DNA of 30,798 nucleotides, taken from positions 1 to 30,798 of the forward strand of contig JASLZZ010000046.1 in the NCBI GenBank assembly GCA_030754595.1, written 5' to 3'. Below the pieces are notes generated by a model. The model saw only the letters and a program-made list of their open reading frames with translations. It made no database searches and had not been told where the DNA came from. Shown here piece after piece: positions 17,595 to 27,124 of this stretch (the stretch's first letter is position 1; each line of letters opens with the position of its first letter). This DNA comes from Nitrospinota bacterium. GTDB taxonomy: Bacteria > UBA8248. The position numbers were made by a program, and so were the translations under genes.

Positions 17595-19307
17595 CTAAAT
17601 TCCTCTCAGTCGCCTCGCCAATTCCAACTCACGCTTCGCCTTTCCCGCCAGACCTTCCTTTCCGTAAAGAACGGCCAGACGCTCATGAGGCAGTGGATTA
17701 AAAGGATTGATTTGAACGGCCTCCTCCCATGCCTTTCGTGCCGACTTCACGTCTCCAACCATCTCGTAAGCTACCCCGCGGTGAACATAGGTTACCCCGT
17801 GGTCGGGATTCACCTGGACAGCTTTTTTCAGGCTTCGGAGCGCTTGCCGGGGCATTCCCAGCCGGATTTCCGACCGTGCAAGACGGTTCAGCAGCGGCGG
17901 GGAGTTGGGTTCGTCCCGAAGGGCGCGTCTGTACTCCACCCATGCCGCCTTCATCCGGCCCCTGATCCACAGCCTGTCGGCCAGCCGGGTCCGGCGGCGG
18001 GCGACGGCGCTTTTGAGCGCCGCCAGGTCCGCTCCGCTATCATCAACCGGTCCAGTAGCCCTCAACCGGAACTTGCGCACCCTCGCACCCTTTTGAGGCT
18101 GGAGCGCCTGCCCTTCCAGGTCTTTTTTCCAGAGCTCCTCGAATTCGGCGAGTCCGACCCCAAAAAGAGCGCGAAGCCCCGCCTCGGCGCTCTGAGGAGA
18201 CCCTGTCGATTCGAGTTCAACCAGGCTCGGGCGCCTCATGGGGAATCGCGCCCCGCCGGGCTCCGGTGCGGACCTTTTTTCGAGCTCCCCCTCCCGAATG
18301 GCACGCAGCATTTTTTCAATAGAATTTTTTCCTCCCCGGCGCCGAATGAACTCGGCCGCCGAGGCTCCCTCGGCGTATGCAAGCTGAACATCCTCGGCGG
18401 TTTTCAGGTAAATCAGACTCGGCTCCATGCTCTTGAAGGAAATAAACGCGTCGTTCGTCTTTGCCTTGTAAAGCAGGGTTTCGTCGATGGGACTCAGCGG
18501 CGGAAGCCCACTCTTTCTCCATTTTTTCTCAAAGAGCTTGGCAACCCCCTCGTGGAGCCAGATGGGGGTTTTATTTCTCGTGGCCTTGGTAATGAGGTAG
18601 TGGACAAACTCGTGCGCGGCGGTGTCAAGCCAGCGATATCCCCGCTGCAGGGCCGCCGGAGAGATCAGGAGCACCTTATTGAATTTACAAAGCCCGACCA
18701 CCCCTTTCTCGATATCCGATCGGCGGATGGTGGACGCCTTATGAAACCGGTCGGGGTCCGAGAAAATCTCGACGCGGACCTGGCCTACGAACTTCACCCC
18801 GAGTTCCCCGGCGAACTCCCGGTAGGCGGCCTCCAGCGTTTCCTCCATATAGGGCAGAAGAACCGCGTCCAACCTCGGGTCAAAATGAATTTCAAAATGA
18901 TCCGTCCGGCGGCTCTTAAAACCTCGGACCGCCGATATGGACTGTTTAAGGTGGAGGCGAAGCTCGAGCCATTCGCTGTCGCCCGGGCTTTTTATTAGCG
19001 CTTCGTTAAGCAGGCCGATTGCCGCGTCGTAATCGCCCTCGAGATAGGCCTTCACACCCTCTAGGGCAAGCCAGGCGGGTTGATCGGGATCCTCCCGGCG
19101 GCGTTGGGTCAACTCGCGGGAGGCAGAGGCAATATCCCAAGCGCGGAGTTCACCGACGATTATTTCATAACCATCCGGCCGTGTGGGACCCGATCGAGAA
19201 AGTTGCGGTGGCTCAACCGCCGGCCCGGCCGCCCCCAGAGCCGGGAGGCACGACAACACCAGCGTGGTAATGAGCAAAATCGCCCAACTCTTCATACGAC
19301 GAATCAC
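17595..19307 (-). CDS. Secreted TPR-repeat protein with peptidase MA (gluzincin) domain
   Basis: Signal peptide; TPR-like helices at both ends; HEFVH plus downstream PIWLHEG third ligand and LAYAEG; GTGA overlap with the upstream gene. Confidence 0.85.
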   Translation of the reverse strand: MIRRMKSWAILLITTLVLSCLPALGAAGPAVEPPQLSRSGPTRPDGYEIIVGELRAWDIASASRELTQRRREDPDQPAWLALEGVKAYLEGDYDAAIGLLNEALIKSPGDSEWLELRLHLKQSISAVRGFKSRRTDHFEIHFDPRLDAVLLPYMEETLEAAYREFAGELGVKFVGQVRVEIFSDPDRFHKASTIRRSDIEKGVVGLCKFNKVLLISPAALQRGYRWLDTAAHEFVHYLITKATRNKTPIWLHEGVAKLFEKKWRKSGLPPLSPIDETLLYKAKTNDAFISFKSMEPSLIYLKTAEDVQLAYAEGASAAEFIRRRGGKNSIEKMLRAIREGELEKRSAPEPGGARFPMRRPSLVELESTGSPQSAEAGLRALFGVGLAEFEELWKKDLEGQALQPQKGARVRKFRLRATGPVDDSGADLAALKSAVARRRTRLADRLWIRGRMKAAWVEYRRALRDEPNSPPLLNRLARSEIRLGMPRQALRSLKKAVQVNPDHGVTYVHRGVAYEMVGDVKSARKAWEEAVQINPFNPLPHERLAVLYGKEGLAGKAKRELELARRLRGI

Positions 19308-22300
19308 CTGGTCAACCGCTCATAATAATTTTCTATCTCGGAGCGCAGGGAATCGGGGAGTCCCTCTTTAAGCACCTCCATCACCTCTTCCCGGAACTTC
19401 TGGGGCACCTGGTATTGCTCCCGATCGGGGATCAGCACCTCGCTGAAGTCTGTCCCCTGGCGGCCGTCTTGTCCCTCGGAACCTCGGCGCTGGGAACTGT
19501 CCCGGCCCGGAAACCTCGGGTTTTGAGCCCACCATCCCCGGCCGGGAGAACGATAGGCTCCCAACCCACGGGGAGTGCCCATCCCGAGCCTCCCCCGCTG
19601 GGCCATCTGCCTCATGGATTGATTCATCTGGCTTTGACTCTGCGCCAAAAGCTCGAGCACGCGCTCCTCGTGAGGGATCGCCGCGGAGGAGCTCCTTTTC
19701 CCCAAAGAACTCTTGGCGTCCTTCATCGAGTCGCGGGCCGCGTCGAGGCGATTGACCATCCTCGGATCCAGGAATGGATAAAGCTGCAACAACTGCCTGA
19801 GACGATCATTGAAGGCAGTCAAACGGTCTTCAAGCACCTCCTGGCGCTTACGAAGGCCGGCCAGCGCCTGGCGCTCATTAGCGGGCAATGTCTTCTCGGC
19901 CTTTTTAAGCAAAGTGTCCAACAACCTCAGCGCCTTCCGCCACCTGAGCCGGGCGCCCTCTTTTTCTTTATTATCGAGACATGTTTCGTCCTGAACCATC
20001 TCACCCATCCTGGGTACGATCCCGTGGATATCCCCCCAATCACCCCGCCCGAGGTATTTTTCCAATTCACCAACCGCCGCCTGATGCAATCGGCGGATAT
20101 CTTCGCGTCGCTCCTTCTCGACCCGCGCCTTTTCTTCCGGAGACAGGCTCGCCCCCAGACCTCCCGGGATGAAGGCTCCCGGGATCGCCCCTAGCGCATC
20201 TCTCAGTTTATTCCGGGGGTCGGAGGGTTCTTCGCTAGAAGGTGACGGGGAAACCTTGAGCTTGATTACGCAATCCTCGGCGCGAATTCGCTCCATCAAT
20301 TTCTTCTCGGCGTTAATATGTTTTGCGAATTGGAGAGAAAGCTTCTCCAGCCCTTTGGGCCATCCCTTCTTCATCCTGTGAATCACATTACCGAACACAC
20401 CGACCGTATCGCTTAAAACAGCTTGCTGTTCCTTCACGATAGCGCCGAGCTCGGATTGGCGTCTTTGCATTGGGCGCCCGCCACGCTGGGCGGACATCTG
20501 CTGGCGGCGCAATCCCCGCATGGCGTTCCGGATCCGTTGAATCTGACTCATCAACCGCCGCAACGTATCCAACGCTCCCCGAATGTTCCCCTGGCGCATT
20601 TGCTGACGAATACGGTCAAACGCGTTCATCATGTTTTGCATCGGAAGGTTTCGCATGCCGCGTTGATTCATGAATTCGGCGGGCATGCGTTGAGCCAGAT
20701 TGGATAGTTGCTGCATGAGTTTGTTCAATTCTTTCTGAAGACGCGCAATCTCCTGTTCAACCTTTTGCTTGCTGGCCTCGTCCACCTCTCCCGATTTTCG
20801 CATTTGCTCAAAAGCGCGGGAAAGGGCGCGCTGACGCTGCATCAATTCATCCGCCGACTTGCCGGCCCGGTCCATCCTGACGCTGTGGAGCATATCCTCC
20901 CCCATCGAGGCCAACCGCTCGATACTCTCCGTCGCCTCCTCCCGCCGGGAAAGCCTCTTATTTTCACGCTCCTCACGTTGTTTTTTCGTAAGTGGGCCGT
21001 CGGTTTTCGCGGAGTCGCTCCTAGGCGGAACCAAATACTGATTCATCGCCTCCCTTAGCCTTTGGGAGAGAGTGGCGAGATCCATGCTCGCCAGCGCTTC
21101 GCGCGGATTATTGGGGCGCAAAATATCCCTTGCTGCCTGAACTTTCTTCATTACCTCCCGGGCTTTATCGTACAAAGACTTACTCATTTTTTTAGGGGAG
21201 GATTGAATTTCATTATCATTGTTTCGGGTGGATTTTTCGGCATTTTTGAACACGGAAGGCGCGACTTCCTGCTCCAGGTAATCGCCAAGCAAATTCAAAA
21301 GGTCCGAAGAAATTTCGTCGAGTTTTTTGTCCAACGAGGCGATGACCGCTTCGCGATCGCGGATCCGAATATTGTAAAAGGGGCTCGCTCCTTGCTTGGG
21401 CCCGCTTACCGTATCGATATCCTCGGCCAATATGCGGTAGGTCAAAAACCCTCCCGGCCGCAACGCAAAAGCCCGCAAGTCGATCACATAACTGCCCTGC
21501 ACCAGTTTCTTGGAATTCTCTTCTCCCCAGAGCCGGATACTGCGGGGCGCCTTCCGCCCCAACCTGACCTCGAGGCCGACATTTCGAATACCGAAATCGT
21601 CCGTGGCCCGGTAACGCACCCTTACGGCATCGTCGGCCTCAACGGCTAGATCCTTGGCGGGCTTGATAACCTTCACATCGGGAAAAGTGTCCGGAATGAT
21701 GTCGATTCGGTATCGAGGCGGGTCCAAATTCGCGAAACCATCCATATCCTTCAGACGAATCTGATACGACGCCGGACTCCCTACGAGAATTAATCCTTCG
21801 AGGAAACCTTCCTTCCCGGGCTTAAGGTTGACACGCCAACCACCAGCCAGGGACAGAAGAGCCTCGCTCACGGGCTTGCTCGTTTTCACGCGAACCAAGA
21901 CCGACGACCCCAGGAACGCTCTAATGTTCGCTGTTTTGGATTGCCGGGTCGGTGGATAGGGGGTGTAATCCGGCGGAAAATTAACAATCTCGATGACCTT
22001 CACACGAGGAGGGGCCACCACCTTCATGTCGATGGGCGACGAGCGGAACCGGCCCGCCCGCGCGACGACACGAAAGTCTCCGTCCCCGCCTTTCCACTTC
22101 AGGCGAAAGCGGTTTTCCTCTAAAATCTCCATCGGAATCCGGTCTTTAACAGACTCATCGCCCACGCCACCGGCATCCGACACCTCGATCTCCACCCGGC
22201 CAGGGCTCATGCCCTCGGTTCGAACGTCAAAAACAACGCTCGAGCCTGGAAGGATTCGCTTCGAGGAAGCGGACAGGTATAGATGGGTGATCCGGGAGGG

Positions 22301-22873
22301 CATCAAATCGACGGCGTTGGCCAGAAGGAAACCCGCCCTGGGATAGAGCCCCGGCCATATGAATCCGGCGATCAAGACCGTAAACCCCAGCCCCGCCGCG
22401 AGTTTTCCCAACCGCCGGCAACTCGAATTCGAGACGAAGTCGCCGGCGTCGAGCCGCTCGATTTGCTCGGCGGTTTCAATGACAAGAGCGTCAATCAATG
22501 CAGGAGATGTTGGATCACCGGAACCAAGTTTGTTTTTCGTCGGGAAGAGCTGAAGCGAACTGATCAGGTTGTTGCCGATATCACCGAGCTCGGACTCGAT
22601 CTCAAGAGCGACCTTCTCCCGGCTGGGAGGCCGCTTAATCAACCAAACCGCACGCGCCAGGACGGCACCCAAAACAAGGACCGAAACCGCCAGATAGATA
22701 ACCGCGGCATAGCCATTGTGGAGCTGAGCCAAAACCGCGGCAGGAGCAAGCAACAACACCGACAGGGCGCCAAGCAAAATCAAGAGGCCCGCTTCGAACC
22801 GGCGAACTTTCTGGCGCCCCTCGATAACTCCGGTCAGAAAACCGAAAATTCGCTTGAAGGATTTTTCAGGCAT
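19304..22873 (-). CDS. Large membrane-anchored Ig-like/coiled-coil protein (DUF4175-like), ~1190 aa
   Basis: Three N-terminal TM segments, NNLISSLQL, PPDYT, ATDDFGI motif, long Q/M/R-rich helical region, C-terminal ENYYERL. ATG at 22873 overlaps the upstream TGA (TGATG). Confidence 0.8.
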   Translation of the reverse strand: MPEKSFKRIFGFLTGVIEGRQKVRRFEAGLLILLGALSVLLLAPAAVLAQLHNGYAAVIYLAVSVLVLGAVLARAVWLIKRPPSREKVALEIESELGDIGNNLISSLQLFPTKNKLGSGDPTSPALIDALVIETAEQIERLDAGDFVSNSSCRRLGKLAAGLGFTVLIAGFIWPGLYPRAGFLLANAVDLMPSRITHLYLSASSKRILPGSSVVFDVRTEGMSPGRVEIEVSDAGGVGDESVKDRIPMEILEENRFRLKWKGGDGDFRVVARAGRFRSSPIDMKVVAPPRVKVIEIVNFPPDYTPYPPTRQSKTANIRAFLGSSVLVRVKTSKPVSEALLSLAGGWRVNLKPGKEGFLEGLILVGSPASYQIRLKDMDGFANLDPPRYRIDIIPDTFPDVKVIKPAKDLAVEADDAVRVRYRATDDFGIRNVGLEVRLGRKAPRSIRLWGEENSKKLVQGSYVIDLRAFALRPGGFLTYRILAEDIDTVSGPKQGASPFYNIRIRDREAVIASLDKKLDEISSDLLNLLGDYLEQEVAPSVFKNAEKSTRNNDNEIQSSPKKMSKSLYDKAREVMKKVQAARDILRPNNPREALASMDLATLSQRLREAMNQYLVPPRSDSAKTDGPLTKKQREERENKRLSRREEATESIERLASMGEDMLHSVRMDRAGKSADELMQRQRALSRAFEQMRKSGEVDEASKQKVEQEIARLQKELNKLMQQLSNLAQRMPAEFMNQRGMRNLPMQNMMNAFDRIRQQMRQGNIRGALDTLRRLMSQIQRIRNAMRGLRRQQMSAQRGGRPMQRRQSELGAIVKEQQAVLSDTVGVFGNVIHRMKKGWPKGLEKLSLQFAKHINAEKKLMERIRAEDCVIKLKVSPSPSSEEPSDPRNKLRDALGAIPGAFIPGGLGASLSPEEKARVEKERREDIRRLHQAAVGELEKYLGRGDWGDIHGIVPRMGEMVQDETCLDNKEKEGARLRWRKALRLLDTLLKKAEKTLPANERQALAGLRKRQEVLEDRLTAFNDRLRQLLQLYPFLDPRMVNRLDAARDSMKDAKSSLGKRSSSAAIPHEERVLELLAQSQSQMNQSMRQMAQRGRLGMGTPRGLGAYRSPGRGWWAQNPRFPGRDSSQRRGSEGQDGRQGTDFSEVLIPDREQYQVPQKFREEVMEVLKEGLPDSLRSEIENYYERLTR

Positions 22874-25212
22874 CAGGCAAGCCCCCATAATCGTCTCGTT
22901 GTCCACTCAACGGCCGGCAGCAAGATTAGAATAAACCCGATCCAGGGAATACTCCAAAGCCTTACATCCCGCACCTCAACAAGCTTCGGGGGCACCTTCC
23001 CTTTCAACGCCTCCATTACGCGATCGGCCGTACTATTTTCCTCATTTTCCCCTAAATTCACCGGGATAAATATCCCGCCCGTTTCCCTGGAAAGATCCCT
23101 GAGGCGCTCCCAGTTGGGGCTGGCATCCGCCCATTCGGCGCCTCCAGCCGCATCCCCCACACTCACAGTCCTGATCGAATGGCCCAGCGACCTCTCCCCC
23201 AACATCGCCTGGACCTCGGCACGGTAACTTCCGCGGCCCCTGGGTTTGAACCTCGCCTCGAATTCACCGGTCTCGGGGAGAAAAACAGCCCGGACGCGAT
23301 GAGTCATACCGTACGGGTCCCGAAGAGAGAGTTGCACTTTCGCCCCGGATGCCGGCGCAAATGACTCATCACGCACCTGGAGGCGGATCACATAGGCTCC
23401 GTCTTTCCCCGGCTCGGCCTCGGGAAGAATTTCCACCTGAGAAGCGGAAGGGTCTCCCGACAGCCAGCGGACCATTTGAGCCACAAGCCTCAAGTAAAGA
23501 CGATTCGTCTTCTCGGCGGCCACCATGCCGTAATTCCAGCGCCAGAGATCGTCGGTGAGAATGGAGAGAACGCGGCCCTCCCCCACCCGGCGGACAGCGA
23601 TCATCGGCCTATCCATCGTGGGGCCTTCTTTCGAGGAGAGCAGAATCGTACCCTCCGCTCCCCGTGTGGTGAGGTTTCCTTGACGCAAGGGAGGAAATTT
23701 CGACCAAAGCCGCTCATTGGTCTTCGGGTCGGGAGAAAGGAGCGTAATAGGGTGGCGATTTCCCGAAGTGGTTAGTTTTCCCCTGAACTTCACCCCCGAA
23801 AAGAAGTCCTCACCCCTCACAAGATCGACGGGCAACATCTTCTCGATTGGCGATAAAACATAGCCACCCGAGGAGAAAGAGTTTTTCCCGCCGAACATCA
23901 AAAACCCACCGCCTCCTTTCACATAATCATAGACACGCTGGAGGTAATAATTACTGAAATAGGCATTTGCCGAGAAATTGTCGAAAACAACGATGTCAAA
24001 ATTTTTGAGTTCTTCGCGAAAAAGAGTATCCACGGGAAAGGGAACGAGGCTGAGCTGTCTAGTAGGGACGCCTGGATCGTCCTCGGAGGTTCGCAAAAAG
24101 ACAAACGATACCAGATCGATGGAGGGGTCCCGCTTCAGTGCCATCCGGAAAAACCGATAGTTCCACGAGGGAGCCCCGGAAATCGTCAACATTCGTATTT
24201 TGTTCCGGCGCACCTCGAGGGGAACCTCGACCCGGTTGTTCGACTCCACCATTTCACCTCGCTGGAGGGGCGTTTCAAGCGAAAGCAGCAAACTGCCCAC
24301 ATCCCGGGGAGTAAACCGAAAACGAATCTTTTTCCGGGTAGGATCGCGCCGGATATCAAGAGCCTGAGTACTGACCACGCGCCCATCACGCGTGAGCGCA
24401 ATGGGCAATTTCTGACCTACATAGCCACGTACGGTAAGAGTGGCTTCGAGATGAACTTCCTTTTTTTGAAACGCCAACCGCGGCGCCCGGACATCGTGGA
24501 TCGAAATATCCTGAAACCGGCGAGAGGAGCCAATTCCGAGAGTCAGCACGGGAGGAAAACGGTCAACGTTCTCGGGAGGCCAAATGCTGCCCGAAGTATC
24601 GCCCCCGTCGGAGAGAAGGATAATCGCCTCGGGACGGTCACGAGAGAGAGCAGGGGCTTGGTCCTCGCCACCAGGACGGACAGCCCTCCCTTTCATCGCC
24701 GAGCGAATAACGCCGAGAGCATCGCTCCCCTGACCCACGGGCTCGAGGTAGTCGATCTCCTCCCGCGACAAAGGAACGCTTGCGGTATCGAACCGCCTCA
24801 CCTGAACATCGTATGCTCTTGATAGCCGGCCCAGGAATCCTTTGGGTGTGGCATTCTCGCTCTCCTTTTCCCGGCGATTCCCCACGAGAAAGTCCACAAC
24901 GGAAGCGAGTCGAGAGCCGCCACCGGGTTCATCCTTGACGCTCATGCTCGCCGAGTTGTCCACCAGCACCAGCACACGAGGAAGCAGGGATCGAGTGCGT
25001 TCCTCGGAAACGGTTGGCCCCGAGAGAAAAAACAGGATGGCAAGATACAAGAATCCGCGGAGCGCCAGGAGAAAACAAGTCCGCCCCGGCGACAACTTTT
25101 CCCTCAGAAAAGGGATCCTCCGGCGCATGCTTTCCGCCAGAGCGATCGCCAAAATACCGATTAACCAGAGCGGAAGTCCGCCGGGCCAATAAATCGAATT
25201 CCAGTCTATCAT
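22873..25212 (-). CDS. Membrane protein with VWA and glutamine-amidotransferase-like domains
   Basis: N-terminal TMs, MIDAS LVDNSASM, ILLSDG, KRDPSIDLVSF, PFPVDTLFREELKNFDIVVF, GGGFLMFGG, DDLWRW, C-terminal TM + EWTTRRLWGLA. Confidence 0.85.
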   Translation of the reverse strand: MIDWNSIYWPGGLPLWLIGILAIALAESMRRRIPFLREKLSPGRTCFLLALRGFLYLAILFFLSGPTVSEERTRSLLPRVLVLVDNSASMSVKDEPGGGSRLASVVDFLVGNRREKESENATPKGFLGRLSRAYDVQVRRFDTASVPLSREEIDYLEPVGQGSDALGVIRSAMKGRAVRPGGEDQAPALSRDRPEAIILLSDGGDTSGSIWPPENVDRFPPVLTLGIGSSRRFQDISIHDVRAPRLAFQKKEVHLEATLTVRGYVGQKLPIALTRDGRVVSTQALDIRRDPTRKKIRFRFTPRDVGSLLLSLETPLQRGEMVESNNRVEVPLEVRRNKIRMLTISGAPSWNYRFFRMALKRDPSIDLVSFVFLRTSEDDPGVPTRQLSLVPFPVDTLFREELKNFDIVVFDNFSANAYFSNYYLQRVYDYVKGGGGFLMFGGKNSFSSGGYVLSPIEKMLPVDLVRGEDFFSGVKFRGKLTTSGNRHPITLLSPDPKTNERLWSKFPPLRQGNLTTRGAEGTILLSSKEGPTMDRPMIAVRRVGEGRVLSILTDDLWRWNYGMVAAEKTNRLYLRLVAQMVRWLSGDPSASQVEILPEAEPGKDGAYVIRLQVRDESFAPASGAKVQLSLRDPYGMTHRVRAVFLPETGEFEARFKPRGRGSYRAEVQAMLGERSLGHSIRTVSVGDAAGGAEWADASPNWERLRDLSRETGGIFIPVNLGENEENSTADRVMEALKGKVPPKLVEVRDVRLWSIPWIGFILILLPAVEWTTRRLWGLA

Positions 25213-25213
25213 T

Positions 25214-26032
25214 TCATCCTTGATTCAAGCGGCGCTGAATGATGGGGTGGTGGATTAAATCCTGCTTATAGTTTCCAGTCATCGCATAGAGGACGATATT
25301 CACCCCCAAGTGAAACGCGGCTTTGCGCTGGGGCTCGCCCCCTGGCGAACAGCCCTCGATCCACCCGCCGTCGGGCCGCCTCGCCCATGCGCCAGCGAGA
25401 TCATTTCGGCAAAAAACGACCGGCGTGAACCGCCCCAGGTGGATACCCTCCAGCTCTTGGCTGACAGCCTGCCTTCCTCCGATAGAGCGAATCAAATAGT
25501 AGCTTTTGAACATGGCGTGATCTGTGGGCAGCGGTTCGAGCGCCTCGCGCGGATAAAGCCGGCGGACGAGTTCTCGGGCCGTCCGGCCGAATCCTTCGTT
25601 TACGAGTCCGAGGCCGTCGTCAATCAACAAAAACCCGCCATAGGTCAAATGGCGGCGCAATCGATCGATTTCCTTTTCTTTGGGCATTTCAAACTCGTAG
25701 CGCCCCGAAAGGTAAAGGAACGGGAATTCAAACAACTCAGGCGAGGAGAGATCGCCCCCCCCTGCCTCGGGGCCGGCGATGATACTCGTCCGTTTCCGAA
25801 CCTCTTCGAGCAGCGAAGCCATCGCGGTGGGATACTCCTGCCACCGCCCTCCCCGGTACCTGATATGTCCGGGGATGAAACCGGGCATAGGCACCTGCGA
25901 GCCGATTCCCGGTGAAGTGGAAGGCTCCTCGCCCTGGGCCCACGCCTTCCCGCGAGAAACGGCCGCACCGGCGGCGATAGCCGCGGCGCAGCGCAGGAAA
26001 TTTCGGCGGCTCAACATTCGCTTAGGGGACAT
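25214..26032 (-). CDS. DUF4159-family protein with Tat signal
   Basis: LSRRNFL twin-arginine leader; FPFLYLSG, LTYGGFLLIDD, NDLAGAW, GVNIVLYAMTGNYKQD. Confidence 0.88.
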   Translation of the reverse strand: MSPKRMLSRRNFLRCAAAIAAGAAVSRGKAWAQGEEPSTSPGIGSQVPMPGFIPGHIRYRGGRWQEYPTAMASLLEEVRKRTSIIAGPEAGGGDLSSPELFEFPFLYLSGRYEFEMPKEKEIDRLRRHLTYGGFLLIDDGLGLVNEGFGRTARELVRRLYPREALEPLPTDHAMFKSYYLIRSIGGRQAVSQELEGIHLGRFTPVVFCRNDLAGAWARRPDGGWIEGCSPGGEPQRKAAFHLGVNIVLYAMTGNYKQDLIHHPIIQRRLNQG

Positions 26033-26858
26033 CTTCCGCCGGGGGCAAAACCATAAAAAGGGTGGGAGGGGGGAGCCGTCTGAGCGATAGACTCAACTCC
26101 GGCGACTTCGCCCATTTCACTCGGCCGAACCCCTCGACTTTCATCGCCCCGGCAAATTGGGCAGAGAGTTCGGGACCGGCATAATGCATCGGAATCACAA
26201 TGTTCGGGCCAATGCGCTTCACGATTTTCGCTCCGATTTCATGGGGTACCGTTAACGAACCATCAATCGGCAGCAAAAGGACATGAATCTTTCCCAGGGC
26301 CCGAATCTGGCCCTCCGAAGGGCTGAACCGGGCGTTGCCCAGGTGGGCGATGCATATTCCCCCCGCCTGAAAAATAAATATCGTGTTGATGACATAAGGG
26401 GATTTCGAATCCCCGTATACCTGAGGAAAGGCAAACAGCCTGATTTTCCGGATGAAGGTGTCCACCGTAATGGGCTTTCCCTCCATCAATGCCCCGTAAA
26501 ATATTTTCGTTTTTCCCTCGTAGGGGCCGGTCTGGGCGTGCGTATCATGGAGATTGCTGACCGATACAGCATCAGGAACAGGATTCAGGGGATTGGTCCA
26601 ATAGGGGTCGGTGAGAAACCTTCCGCCTCCGGGCCCGGTAATCAAAAAGCTCGAGTGCGCCAGATAGCGCAGCCCGACAATTTTTTCCTCCTTTGGAGGA
26701 GCCACCGCCGGAATCCCCCGGCCGCCAAAATTCCACGCCACGGGCATAAAGCGCCCGTCGCGGCGGACAAGGCCGGGCTTACAAATCGCCTCGGAGAGCG
26801 AGGCAAAGAAGAAAACCGAGATGAATACGGCAAGACCGGATATGAGACGGCGTCCCAT
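26022..26858 (-). CDS. MBL-fold metallo-hydrolase-like protein with degenerate metal motif
   Basis: RYLAHSSFLI, FLTDPY, IAHLGN, VLLLPI, PNIVIPMHY; hydrophobic leader after MGRR. Start choice uncertain. Confidence 0.8.
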   Translation of the reverse strand: MGRRLISGLAVFISVFFFASLSEAICKPGLVRRDGRFMPVAWNFGGRGIPAVAPPKEEKIVGLRYLAHSSFLITGPGGGRFLTDPYWTNPLNPVPDAVSVSNLHDTHAQTGPYEGKTKIFYGALMEGKPITVDTFIRKIRLFAFPQVYGDSKSPYVINTIFIFQAGGICIAHLGNARFSPSEGQIRALGKIHVLLLPIDGSLTVPHEIGAKIVKRIGPNIVIPMHYAGPELSAQFAGAMKVEGFGRVKWAKSPELSLSLRRLPPPTLFMVLPPAEDVP

Positions 26859-27124
26859 AGGTGGACGGTAAATCCTCCCCCATGCGGGGGATGTCCCCGA
26901 GATCATTATGTCCCCTGTAGAGCAGGCAGGCGGCATGAATTGCTGCTATTGTACTTGGAAAACAACCGAAACGGTAGGTAATTCCAATGAAATTCCGGCC
27001 CTGGCCCCCCGGAGGGGTCTCCATCAATCGGCATCGCTTCCCCGCGCCTGGTGAATTTGGTGAGGATTCATCTCATAACTAATTGGTTTTTATTTTTATA
27101 GATGACTATCGGCTTCTATGAATT

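Noticed and set aside
17574..18998. 474-aa plus-strand ORF (and similar ones at 99-764, 19415-20194, 22283-23227, 25310-25915, 26283-26981)
   Set aside because: They lie wholly opposite well-supported minus-strand genes and show shadow-frame composition.
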